A stretch of DNA of 63,897 nt, the filler included, from Perkinsus chesapeaki ATCC PRA-425 (lineage: Eukaryota > Protista > Perkinsozoa): the NCBI GenBank assembly GCA_013115145.1. It is 7 parts of 7 records of this genome, joined end to end, with 100 filler letters (N's around TTAATTAATTAA, not from the genome) between each part and the next. Parts side by side here need not be neighbours in the genome. Positions count along the whole stretch, not along the records: positions 1 to 12,994 come from JAAPAO010000801.1; positions 13,095 to 38,184 come from JAAPAO010000535.1; 5 more parts are not named here. One strand, 5' to 3'. Made by a program: the position numbers and the translations under genes. Shown in pieces: positions 12,156 to 24,434 of the stretch. The notes beneath the pieces were generated by a model that was given only the letters and a program-made list of their open reading frames with translations, had not been told where the DNA came from and made no database searches. The first letter of the stretch is position 1. Every line of letters starts with the position of its first letter.

Positions 12156-12994
12156 AAAACGCCTTTGATACTTTTATGATAAAAGTTTTATCCCCCTGGT
12201 AGGTGTTAGCGCTCATAGGTATGACTCACCTCTACGCATCCCTACTCTTCGTCATTTGGTCCTTCATTCTTGGCCCACTATAATGTTATGCTCAACCTCG
12301 AGCCTTGGAGGGTCTCATTTGTCCACATTTCTGTGACCGTTGCCCGCCGACCTCTCACTGTAGCGTCCAGGTTTGTTGTGGTTGCCATTGCGAATAAGCA
12401 AAGCAGTGCAATGTTCTACTTGTAGATGATTCGATGATTCGTCTAAGCTTATCACCCGCCCATATGGCGACTCACCAGGGTTTGATGACCCACGACATCA
12501 TTATCATTATTCAAATTATTAAAATCACCACTTCAGCTCCTCCTTAACTTCATGTTTTGTTCTCAATGTCGTCGAGTTACTGGACCATGCCCTGATGCGT
12601 TAAGAACCGCACCTTCGTTAGGCCAACTACTCTATCAGCAATGCGGATCGAATAGTTAAATCGACATGACCCTGTCCGTGGACAATTACCATAAGCGCTC
12701 GACACGCCATCGTCGAAGCGTCTTCTTCACATAATGGTGGAGAACTTAAATTATCCACCAGGATGTCAATGCTCAAGCATTTTATTCCTAATAGGGATAA
12801 AATGCTTGAGCTTCTCGAGCTATCCATCAAGGACCAATTCGTGCGCATTCGCGTCAGTTTAACTGCCCAAATGCGGCCTTGGAATCACAACATGAAGGTC
12901 CTGGCATAACCCGCCGTGATAAATGTCGCAGGTAAGATCCATGCTGCTACACGATACTTAGTATCACATTCTAAATCAAGAAGTTTACGTAAGT

Positions 12995-13094
12995 NNNNNN
13001 NNNNNNNNNNNNNNNNNNNNNNNNNNNNNNNNNNNNNNTTAATTAATTAANNNNNNNNNNNNNNNNNNNNNNNNNNNNNNNNNNNNNNNNNNNN
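12995..13094. other. Artificial contig spacer
   Basis: 44 N + TTAATTAATTAA + 44 N, repeated identically six times in the window. Confidence 0.97.
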
Positions 13095-13153
13095 ATGACT
13101 TGCCTTGCTCTGGTCTGTGCGGGGTGAGCCTGTGGGGCTAGAGGTGTCAGACC
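13095..13153. repeat. Dispersed ~60-bp repeat, copy 1 (related to 33898-33927 and 34063-34124)
   Basis: atgacttgccttgctctggtctgtgcggggtgagcctgtggggctagaggtgtcagacc aligns with 34063-34124. Confidence 0.8.
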
Positions 13154-13732
13154 CAATTGTATAGGGCAATTGTATGTGAGCATAATTGTAGATTCATGTT
13201 GCATTGGATGTAATACCTCCTCAACGAGACCTTCTCATGCTGCCTATTCTCCAGTGGCGTATGTCATGTTGGGTTGAATAGTGCTTCGCTATTGAGGAGT
13301 ATTCTCACAAATCAGAAATTCGATTCTGGATTCCAGAATCTGCAAGCAAGGTGAGAGCGTCGCTCTCACTCGCTCTCACAGCGAGTGTTCGGTGAGCAAG
13401 GAATGTCCGAGGCGACTACGTGAATTACTGTGCTGAGCACAGTGTGCTTGAAATCATTGTGCTTAGAACGCTATGTTGATGAATCATTAATAATGATTAA
13501 TATTTGAATCGGTCTTCTCTTCGCACTTTGAACGGTTGTCATGAATGTTGTGAATAATCCTTATACAAATGTTGAATTTCTGGGAGTGTTATTTGTTAGG
13601 CAACTTTGATCACGAAAGTAGCGAATCTGAAAGCGTAACGCACAATCTGCCAGATGCTCTCAGATTAAATCTGCAATACTGACACTGTCAGTGTAGCACA
13701 CTACTCGCACTTTGAGTCAGACCTGAGGTCGA

Positions 13733-13754
13733 CTTGTGAGTCACAAGTTGTGAC
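13733..13754. repeat. 7-8-7 scar, 8-mer CTTGTGAC
   Basis: cttgtga+gtcacaag+ttgtgac, perfect. Confidence 0.9.
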
Positions 13755-13914
13755 GACAGACGGCACGAACATGATAAGGATGTCATTTCCACAATGAATT
13801 CACACAAGACGGCCAACACTGGTATTAGTGGACCGCTACTAGCGGCGCGAGTCCCACCGTAGGACTTGAGCGAAGTTGTGGCGGTCCTACACGGCGTGTA
13901 GTACATGCTGTAGG

Positions 13915-13936
13915 CTCAGCGACGCTGAGTCAGCGT
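13915..13936. repeat. 7-8-7 scar, 8-mer CTCAGCGT
   Basis: ctcagcg+acgctgag+tcagcgt, perfect. Confidence 0.9.
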
Positions 13937-14098
13937 ACAGAGAACGAACATTGACAACTCAACAACTTGACAAGTCACCAGTGCAGCTCAAATGATACTG
14001 TAGAGATGAATGATGGAGTATTATGAATAAAGAAACTTATCAAGTAGACATATAGTACGGATATTCAGTACAGTACCTTCAGTAGTACATTGTACTAC

Positions 14099-14241
14099 TG
14101 TGATGAATGACGACGCAACACGGGAAAAGAAGATAAAACTTGATGTAGTTACAATGAGCAGACTGCAGCGATGGACATAATCGATCACACGATCGATTTC
14201 TATCAGCTAACGGGCGCGCGCGCATTCAGCGCATCATTACA
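14099..14241 (-). repeat. 3' LTR (143 bp)
   Basis: Direct repeat of 18329-18485; differs by two substitutions and one 14-bp indel. Confidence 0.95.
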
Positions 14242-14254
14242 TCCCCCCTCTCTC
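14242..14254 (-). promoter_or_regulatory. Polypurine tract
   Basis: Minus strand reads GAGAGAGGGGGGA immediately before the 3' LTR TG. Confidence 0.85.
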
Positions 14255-14268
14255 AGAGAACCGGGGTA

Positions 14269-17243
14269 TCACAACAGCTTCACGTCAATGGTGTGGACTA
14301 TGCCCTCAGAGCCATCATCGCGCTTAATGCATACTCTGTTGGTGCCTTCGCGCTTGATGACCATGGACGGCATCCATCGTCGTTGCAACTTCGGTACAAT
14401 ACCTGAAACTCTGACAAGGACCGGTAAACCCGGCTTCAGTGAATCTACTGGGGGATCACGTAACACTTCCAGGAGATACTCATAACTCTCATGACATGGT
14501 AACGGTACTTCTGGTCGCAAACTAGGCTTCAAACGGAAAATTTGCTCCAGGTCCCTTGCGAGGCGTCGCGTTATATGTCACACAGGCTCGACGAGTCTGC
14601 CGGCAAAACTCCCCGTACGTCAGATTCGGGTCCACATGGGCTCTCAGATACTCACTTAAATATCGATGCCAGCGCTCAATCTTCCCATTGCTATGTGAAG
14701 AGTGTACGGCTGTCAGTATATGCACAGTGTTCCACTTTTCGAACAGACTTTCGATGCTCTTGGCGGTGTACTGACTGCCTCGATCACTTTGGACCAATAA
14801 CGGCCTCCTCTGGAATGTATCCACCAACGATTGCAGAAGATTTTGCACATCGTCAGCGGTAGGTTGATGCAAACTAGGACGGATTGTCACGTAGCTTGTA
14901 CAACTGTCTATCGTCGTAATCAAATAGAAACGACTCATCCCAGAATCAATTCGCCGGTATGGGCCACAAATGCCTGTGTGCAACCTGTCAAACGGCTTAG
15001 GAGCGGGCTTGATACTTACAAGTGGGATCAATGGTTTATTATCACCCGGAAAGGCTTTGGCAGCAGCACAGTCGTTGCATTTGAACTGGTTACACTCTGC
15101 CGCTAAACCTGGCATGTCGATGAATTCACGCAAGTTACTGAACATGGCAGCTCTTCCCTCGTGATCGTGTGCGAGGGCCAACAGCTCGTGCGCGTGCTCT
15201 CGTGGCACAACCAGTTTATGGTCGCGTATCTCGTACTCTAAAAGGAGCTGGGCCAGTTCGTCATTGCGCTCTTCGGCGGCTCGCTCGACCGCTGATATAC
15301 AAGCAAAATCTGGCGGTTTATCGGGTACATTTTGCGGATCACAAGCCTGCAAGTGCCGTACGAACAAGTCACGCAACCCGTCAGGAAGCCTGGATGGCGC
15401 GTCTGCCTCATTCTGAGTTGAAGAGCAGTGGTGCACATGCAGAGTTATTCCAAATGACTCACACACATCATCTACTATTTGGAGCCGGCCCTCAATCGCT
15501 CCTTTGCTCATCCCGCTAATTTTACGCCAGTGCCTGCCTTCCTTTCGTGTCAACCAACTCTGGACCGAAACATTATCTGTGTACAAATGAACAACCTGTT
15601 GCTTCAGCTTGTACGCCTTCATATAATCCGTGATGATATCGAGGCCGCGTACAACGGCTTCAGTCTCGGTTATATTTATATGCCTCTTATAGCCCTTTTT
15701 TCGTAGCCAGGCCCGGTCTTCGACCTTGACCTCGCCCATGTAAAATACGGCCGGTAAACCTATAGACGAGGCGTCAGTAAATAACCTCCACTCAGCTTTG
15801 ATGTCAAACAACCATGTACCACGGCACGGATCGCCGTGTCTATAACCATCTTAACCATCCAGCAACGGGATAGTACGTTGCCAACTTGCCCGCAAAAGAG
15901 GCGAGCTCAGTCCTTGTGGAAGGAACGGCCTGCAAATCGAGTGGTACTTTCCTAGTCCAAGATCCCTCGCTGGTGATGTTTATTCCAATAACTTTGGACC
16001 CGAGCAGTGGTTGAGGTTCCTTGACTACAAACCCATCTTCTGCCAGAGTGCGGCGGACTAATGCAACATCGCGTTTGTGTACAGCCATATCATCTACGTA
16101 CTTTCGAACGGGATGAGAGAGTTGGCCGTGTACGCGGGAAATGCTGTGATCAGTACTAACCTGTAAAGCTTTCCCTGAAACCGCCAAGCCGAAACCGGCC
16201 CGTGTCATAGCGTACGTGGTGTGTCCTGGCGCGAGGTGCGGAAAAACTGCGCATTGCCAGTATTTGAGGTTCTCTGCTATATGAATCTGCATATACGCAT
16301 GCTTGATGTCTATCGCGCAATACTCGCGTGGATCCAGGGATCTCCATTTGCGCAGCTCTGACGGGCACGATACTGGACCTCCGCGGTCATTAGGACAAGA
16401 CTCGATAAGTTCGTTAAGGAACTTGTAATCTATAACAACGCGAACAGGGGTACTACGACCCAAGGACACAACCGGCATAGTAGTAACGGTTGCCTTGACC
16501 TCGCGTGGTGCAACCGGTTCGAAATAATGATTGTCAATCATGGTTTGTATGGAGTCGTGAAACAGCTGTGTTTCATGCTGGCTTAGCTTTTCTAACGTCT
16601 GTGGGTAATGCGGAACATGGCGGATAGGCGCCTGTGGAGCTACCCCATTGCGCCATAACCACGATACTCCCCACTGGTACAATTGAAAAGGATTGTTCTT
16701 GCGATCGGGGTCTGTTACAACGTGACGAGCTAAGACCATATCTTTCTCGCGCAACACCAGCGGGACAGAACGTTTGGGCGAGTTACGGGACGCGGGATAC
16801 ACTTTATCTGCTAAAGCGTACGTATACTCCCTGTTATGGCTAATTCGACTCGTCCAACCGCCATGCTCGTACCGAAAACTAATACCTCCGGTTGCTCGCA
16901 GCCAATCTAAACCGAGCAAGGCACGAATTGGTTGGCCATCAATGAATAACAAGTACTCCTTGTCTGTAACGTACGGGTACACTTGAACACCAGCCACATC
17001 TAAGACTGTGGAAATTAGCTTAGCTGCTGGAAACGAACCAGCTAGAGAATGAATAGAGGAGATGCTCGAGGAGCACTCGCTAGGGTCTAGTCCAAGGGCA
17101 ACCAAAGCGTTGCGGCAAATAAGACTAATGGATGACCCTGTGTCGATCATACCGTCGATCATCTGGACTGTCGACCCCTGGTCACACCTGAAACGGATCG
17201 ATATATACCGATGGGTATGGGTACTCAAATCACCACAGAGCAC
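14269..17243 (-). pseudogene. pol (protease, RT, RNase H, integrase), split into three ORFs
   Basis: ORFs 15840-17243 (MIDTGSS, IDIKHAYMQIHI, KYVDD), 14522-15811 (FTDASSIG, HDH..CNDC, LHTGICGP, SDRGSQY) and 14269-14532 (C-terminal SH3-like). Confidence 0.9.
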
Positions 17244-17254
17244 GACGGGACTTA

Positions 17255-18329
17255 CTTGACCGGCTGAGTTTCGCTAGCGGGTGGGTTGCGACGGACAATC
17301 AGCGGCTACATGCCCACGCCCATTACAGTTATAACATCGGACGGTGCCTCTGCCGTGGGCTCGAACAGGCTTATAGATGTCGCGGGACACAGTGTGTTAC
17401 ACACTGTGACAGTGACACACCTCCTTTACCTTTGCCTTTACCCTTGCCGGATGCTCTCCCCTTGGTATGCGCACCGTACCCCCTGTTGTTACTAGGGTAT
17501 GTAACGGCGGTGAACCCGTCAGCTGTAACAGCTTTGCATAAGTTCAGAGCATGTTCAATCATATCGCTGGTAGGACTGGACAGCTCAGACTGCCACTGTT
17601 GCCTCAGGCCCATCAGACCAGGTGTGGAGGAGGGCAGTCCACGCCAAAACTGGAGGCAAACGAAAAAACCAACGAGTTTGCTGCGTTCGGCTTCTGCGAC
17701 TGAGAAGTTCGTCGGGATACACTGTCGGAACAGTTTCTGCAGCTCAGACATGTAGTCGCCGCTGGATTCGCCCTCACAGAGAGTGCGGGAAACAGCGGCC
17801 TGCCATGTAGAAAAAATAGATGGAGCATAGCGACTGAGAAGAACGTTCTTAGCTTTAGAATAAGCAGTAGGGTCATCTTTAGCAACGCGGACGTTGTTGT
17901 CGACGATCTGAAATGGGGCACCTTCAATGTTTACCCGGAGGACGTTGTATTTAGTCGAGTCTGGCCAGTTGAGGAGACCATAAGTTTCCTCGAATTTGGC
18001 CAAGAATTCTACGACATCTTGACCTTTGTCGCCACGGAAAGGATCGATAATCTTGTAACTTCTGATGCCGGTGCTAACCTTAGAGATAGGTGGTGATATC
18101 TGGCTTGTGGAGGTAGCAGTGGTTGAAGTAGCAGCGGGGTATCAGTAGGATCGAGAGACGGGGGCGGAGGCGGAGGCGGAGGCGTGGTACCGCCAGATGG
18201 AGGAGTAGAGTCGGAAACTGGCGGAGGAGGGTCCGGGGTGTCGTCGTCGGCCAAAGCGTTGAACTCGTCGAAGGAGACGAAGGTCCTACCTCGTCCGACA
18301 GACCCAGCGACGCTGGGTCTGGGCACCAT
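17255..18329 (-). pseudogene. gag with CCHC zinc knuckle, two frameshifts
   Basis: MVPRPSVAG..; DPFRGDKGQDVVEFLAKFE; CYNCNGRGHVAADC in a third frame after a 28-nt palindromic insertion. Confidence 0.85.
18311..18328 (-). promoter_or_regulatory. Primer-binding site
   Basis: TGGTGCCCAGACCCAGCG directly after the 5' LTR CA; priming tRNA not assigned. Confidence 0.75.
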
Positions 18330-18485
18330 GTGATGAATGACGACGCAAGTTGCGTCACGCAACACGGGAATAGAAGATAAAACTTGATGTAGTTACAATG
18401 AGCAGACTGCAGCGATGGACATAATCAATCACACGATCGATTTCTATCAGCTAACGGGCGCGCGCGCATTCAGCGCATCATTACA
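18329..18485 (-). repeat. 5' LTR (157 bp) containing a 7-8-7 scar at 18342-18363 (8-mer GACGCAAC)
   Basis: Direct repeat of 14099-14241 with the extra gttgcgtcacgcaa. Confidence 0.95.
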
Positions 18486-18819
18486 ACTACAGAGTGAGAG
18501 AAACGTAGCAGCACTAACCTCGGTAAAGGCAGTACTGATCCAAATTTAATAATAAGTCTTTATTGAGCAACACTTACAAATAGTAGGGTACTACCTTGGA
18601 GGTAGTATGGGAAATTGTTATGACTTGTGCGAGTGTTTCGGATTAACGCAACAGACTAGGGTGCGTCAATGGGCACTATCAGTGAATACGGCTCTGATAA
18701 GAGCAACTGTGGGGAAGACATCCCCGGATATGCGCCTGCTTGCTCATAGCTTATATCGCTCCAGCTAAGATCGCGCGCAGAACGGCCAACATCGATCACT
18801 CCACTACGTACAGAAATAC

Positions 18820-19755
18820 ATGAATTGTGTGACACAATGTAAGGAGGCTGTCAGTACTACGGACTCGGTTAGCCAACCTTTAGCCGCTTTTTCAATTGGC
18901 CCAATTGTAAAAGGTAAACCTGAAAAAATTTTTTTCAGATGGGCCGGGCCCACCTCCGAGTTCAACGAGCAGTGTCTTCGCCGCGCCGTGGCCACCGACT
19001 CTCGCCTCTCCCCCCAACAAAGAAGCTCGTATCTCGAGGTCATCTCTAGTCTCTTCAAGAACAAATTCGTGGTCGACGCTGGCTCCGAGGTGATACACCG
19101 AATTCCTGCTATGCCTGTGTTCCGCGAGAACGCCGCCTCGACCAAGACTCGCCTGGTTCTGGACCCCTCCAAGGAGCTCAACTACCTCTGCCATACTGGT
19201 CCCGCCTTCGACAACTACATCGGTGGCACTTTGCTAACAAATCTGCATCTCAGCAGGGTATCCAAGTTCATCGTGACCGGTGACATCAGCAAGGTCTTCC
19301 ACCAAATCATCCTCTTCGATTTAGACCAAGACTACTTTGGCATGGTGGTTGGGTATGGCCGAGACCTGATCAAGGCGAAGTGGCATGTGAACTTCACATG
19401 CCACTTGGCCTTGATTCACATTGTGAAGATCTTCGGAGCTAACTGTACCCCTCTGGCCCCTAATCAAGCTCTCACCAGTTCTGTGGTCCTCGCTGATTAC
19501 GATTCTGGCGTTCTCACTCGTCAACAAGCCAGTGAGTTGGACCCTGACGTTAAGGTAGTCCTCGAGGCATTTGATACTGATAGGTCTACGTGCTCTTCAA
19601 GCTCGTCTAGCGACCCTCCTCCCCGTTTCATCCTCATGAACGTCGACTCAGACTCTGAGTCTGCATCTACGTCGATGACACTCGGTGCCGTGGCAACGAC
19701 ATCGACTCGGTTACTAAGTGCGCTGATTGTTGGACTCCGTATTGGCCAAGCATGA
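18820..19755 (+). mobile_element. BEL/Pao-like RT fragment, internally deleted
   Basis: KTRLVLDPS, GPAFDN, GDISKVFHQIIL. RT similarity stops at a 47-bp hairpin (19369-19415), before any YxDD motif. Confidence 0.75.
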
Positions 19756-21429
19756 TTTCGAGAGCAATGTCTGGACACGGTGTTCAACCTGCGTGTCTAC
19801 AATCCTCCGATTGACCCCATTAACTCTCACGACTATGAAAAAGCCTCTATCCCCGAAGTCCCTGCTGACTTGGACTTTAACTGTGGAGAAGATGAAGACT
19901 TAGTATATCTTGATCTCTAGAGTATGCATGACTATTCTTAATCTTATACTGCGTGCCTTTTTAATCGTATCTACTGTGCTGTGACTGTTTAAGTATATGA
20001 GATCATTAAGTATGTAATCAGTAGTAACACCATAAGGTGTTAGGTTCTACGGTGTGTAGAATGCTCGCCCTGAGGCGCGTGACTCTACTGTAGCACCTTA
20101 CTTTGTGGAGAGCGCTAGGCTCGTGAAACGGTTCAGCCGTTTCATCCTAGTATAAGCTGTATACAACTCAGATTAGAGTCTTTTTTGTGATTCAGTTCGT
20201 TCGACCTACTCGTTCGTTCTCCCTCCGATCTAGTCATTTGGAAGCAGCAGCCTTCCTACTGAGCAACTCGACAACCCTTTGCATCTAGTTCTACTACTTG
20301 CGTTCTTAGTCCTCAACACCTAGAACAACACGATCTACACCTAGACTACCCAAATTGGGTGGTATAGATAGCGGATTCCGCTGTGTCATACTATGGTTTG
20401 TGTCCATAGTTGGCACTTTACTGAGCAGGATCATTCGCTGCAGTTTGCGATCCCTTATACATTAGGATACCCACCGTCGCGCGCAGTGTTCACTGTCGTA
20501 TTGCATTACATGATGCCCAGACGCATACTAAACACCAGTCAGGTTCATTCCAAGAGGTCATTAAGGATGATATCGAGAACGATGATGATCCCGAAAAGTC
20601 TTCTCCATCTGGTGGTAGTGGCGTTGGTGATGGTTCTTCACCAAAGAAGGCTGCTGTACCAGTTGACTCTCAGGAGAGTCATCGTAAGACGGCCAAGTCA
20701 TTCGATTTGGGGTAAAAGTTTCACGGAACCCAGAGCGGGAGCTTGGAGGTTGAGTCGTATGGAATAGCCATTTGGTTCTCTAATAGCAGTGGTATCAGTA
20801 TCGTTTGCAGAATACCAGTGGTCAAGCTTATTACCAATAATGTGAGGTGTGGTGTATCCGACCCTTAAGCTTTCCAGCTTGGGGCCGATGTTCTGTGCGA
20901 ACATAGGTTTGGGAATACACGTGCTCTGGGGTCTACTCCGGGAGAGAATCGTCATATGTGACTCAAATCGTCACATAATGTGACGTATTGCTTACCTGAG
21001 GTAGCTAGAGCCTCCCGTAAATCATGGGGCTGGCTATCTTGTATGTGTTTTTGAGCCGCTATCTGGTGTTGATACGGTTGGATCTACTTGGCGAGCGAAA
21101 GATGGCTCACCGCTGATTGCCACGGCACTCCACTTGACTAAATCGGTCTGACGAAAAATCATTGAATTCGTCATATTGAAAGAATAATTGAGAAAAATCG
21201 GTAGGTCGTATATTCTGTAAGGGGTTTTATTAAGATTATAATAACACAATAATGAGTAGATAAACTGAAACGTTGAGTAATCATCATCATCAAACACACA
21301 ATTTAAAGTAGTAATAACGAGGTACTAAGACAACAGCAGAAGTAATAATATGAGTGGAGCACTGGTATTAGTGGTAGTAATGCAGTGGTAATAATATGAG
21401 TGGAGCACTGGTATTAGTGGTAGTAATGC

Positions 21430-24402
21430 TCGTAGTATTATTGTCGGGTAAATTGTATTTTATGTATTGTTAATTGCTCTTGATATTTAGATAATGCTCT
21501 TGCTTTCACTAGATCAGATATAGCATAATATAATATACACCAATGATTACGCCATGTTGTCAAGTTCTTCATACATGTAGCATGACTTTGAGGGAATTTA
21601 TGCCATAAATTAGGATGAGCGTAACTGATAATAATAAATATATTATAAGTAAGCATTATCTACTATTACGTGCATTCACGACTATTTAACCATCTCTTAT
21701 CAAATAATTCTTCACATAGACATGATGATGATGATGATGAAGTCGATGATCCTGCTACTCCTGCTCCTGCTTGTGTCCTAGTTTTTTTCGCATCCCCATT
21801 CAAACCCGTTTCTGTTGCTAATGCACATAATACCACAGATTTAAGCCCACATGTACCTACTGCAGCTGCTGCTGTTGCTGCTGTTGCTGCTGCTGCTGCT
21901 GCTTGTTGTTGTTGTTATGTATTAATATTACCTGGTATATTATTCATTATACGTTCTTCTTCTTCATATGATATACCTCTACAATATATATAATCATTTG
22001 GTTCTGATAATACAAATTGCATCCAACCACCAATATCAGACGATGATGTATCATAAACCCTATTATTAATATTAATATTATTACTATTATTATCATTACC
22101 TTGGGCCATCTAAAGTATATTTATTATACCATTCTTTACTAGTGCAATTAGGTGGTATACCTCTTCTTGTTTTCTCAGATAAATGACTAAAGGGGCAGCC
22201 AGCCATATCCCCAGCAAATCTATTAGTAATACCAATATAACATGGTGGTAGTTGCTGTTATTATTTTTATTACATAACATCATTCCGTGATATGGTCCAT
22301 TTTCTCATTACATATCTACCTAATCTATCGATACTTGCTAAATCATCTCTACCAGATAACCCATATCTAAATTAAGGGTTATAATAATAATATCATTATT
22401 ATAGCAGTATTATTATTATTACTTATCCAATTCCTTTTCAAATTTAGTTAATAATGTATCATTTACACCAGCATAAATAATTAAACATCCTTTATCTTCA
22501 ACATGTAATTGATAATAGTCACCTTCACTATCAATATGTATTAAATGATATAACATATTATTATTATTATGGGACATCGTCTTGGGCTTATGACATCGGC
22601 TGCTATGCCTCCACCACCGCTGCCCATTATCATCATCCTCTTCTTCTTCTTTTTGTGTGGATGATGATGATGATGATGTTATAACAGGTATAGCATCACT
22701 GAACCATTGCCATAATCTTTGTATATGTGATGGTAATATAGTTGGAAATAATACTATACCATCTGGATTACTCTTAGGATCATATCTAATAATAATAATA
22801 CTACTACCAGTTGTAAGTGTATTACACTGATAATTGTTTCAATGATGTTTGTAGATCAATACCAACACTACCGTATCTACTATGTACTGATAATTTATTA
22901 TTATTCTTGATAATAATAATAATCATTATTACTTTCTATATCCAGTATTATCATCAATAATAGTTGATGATAATCTTTCTTGTTCAACAATTGTTATTTT
23001 TAATAAATATAACATCCTTTCTAATGGTTCATCACCAACATTATCATCTATTACTATTGAATGTAAACAACGACGACGACGAAGAAGACAATCTTCATCA
23101 TCTTCATCATCATTAAAATTAATAGGATTAGTAGTAGTAGTACTACTACTACTACGACTGCTGCTGCTGCTGCCCCCTAAGTCTTGTGGTGGTGGATCTT
23201 CTTCAATCCTGATCAGCAGGAGGAGCATCATCATCATAGATCTCGTAATAATAGTCAATGTTATTATTACGTTATAAACCTTCTTGATAGGAAATGTTGT
23301 ATCTGTCTATTTTAATTATAGTTACTATTGTTATTATTATTATTACCTTATCAAAACAAGGATGATCTAATAGTGCTTGTGTATCAAATGGTAAATCGTT
23401 AATTGCATTATTAGGTACTCCTTCTTGTTGTAAGGATGATGATGATGTTGTTGTATGATTATTGTTAATATTACTAAATAGTGTTAATGATAATCCACTA
23501 CTACTACCATCATCATCATCACTAGCACTACTATCCAGGAATAAATCAGGGGGATATATACAACTAATAAACATATTATTAATAATACTACTTGTCATTA
23601 TTATTACCTTTTATTATGATGATAAATTGAACATTGTGGATCTATAAATATAGTATCTTGATGATGTACTATCATAGGCTAATAATAATAACATTGTATA
23701 TAAGAGGTATATTATTATTATTATAACTACATATAGATTAGATTCATATGATGCACCATTATAAGCAGTAGCATATATAGTTTCATATAATAATGATAAT
23801 TCATCCAACAATCTAACAACAGTAATAATAATAACACCACCAATAACAACAACAACAGGTCAATGATCATGTATTACAGTCTTTTTCCGTTCTCTTCTAG
23901 TAATTTCTTATATTCCCTTTCACGTTTATCATTATTATTATCATCATTGGTATTATCTAAATTATTATCCTACTCATTATCCTACTCATTATTATCATTA
24001 CTACCAGCAATACTTCCAATTCCATCCTCTTCCTTATGATGTCCATCGTCCATCTTGTCTATATTTTTGTTATTATGCCCATTTATCTAATAATATTATT
24101 AAACATAATAATATTACTACTCCTACTATCACATCTGCCTCCTCCTCCTCCTCATTATTATTATTATATCCAAATAATATATCATCATCATCGGATAATT
24201 CATAATATTCATGAAACATATCATAATAAGGCATTCTTCTTGCCTTCTGTTTATTAATAATACCATCATAATCACAACCACCATCGTTATTCTTCTTCTT
24301 GCTGTCTCTACCAACTACTACCACATCATCAACACTACCACCACCTTCGGCAACAGCAGCAGCAGCAGCCGCAGCAGCAGCATCAGCTTGTTCTTGTTGT
24401 TG

Positions 24403-24434
<32 letters not shown>

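Larger units (their letters stand above)
14099..18485 (-). mobile_element. Complete compact LTR retrotransposon (4387 bp), order gag-PR-RT-RH-IN, several frameshifts
   Basis: Two TG..CA LTRs, 5-bp TSD ACTAC (14094-14098 and 18486-18490), PBS and PPT correctly placed. Motifs: CCHC knuckle, DTG protease, YVDD, TDAS, and integrase SDRGSQY..IERWH. Confidence 0.95.

Noticed and set aside
13039-13050. Repeated TTAATTAATTAA motif between N runs (six times)
   Set aside because: Identical 100-bp construct with stops in all frames: an assembly spacer, not biology. Adjacency across it carries no meaning.
14520-18140. Multiple frameshifts as programmed recoding, like Perkinsus mitochondrial genes
   Set aside because: The sites share no common motif and one is explained by a palindromic insertion. 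Mutation or sequencing error is simpler.
20393-20767. ORF fragments after the BEL remnant and a possible solo LTR near 20038-20330
   Set aside because: No matching TSD or partner LTR, and no recognisable domain.
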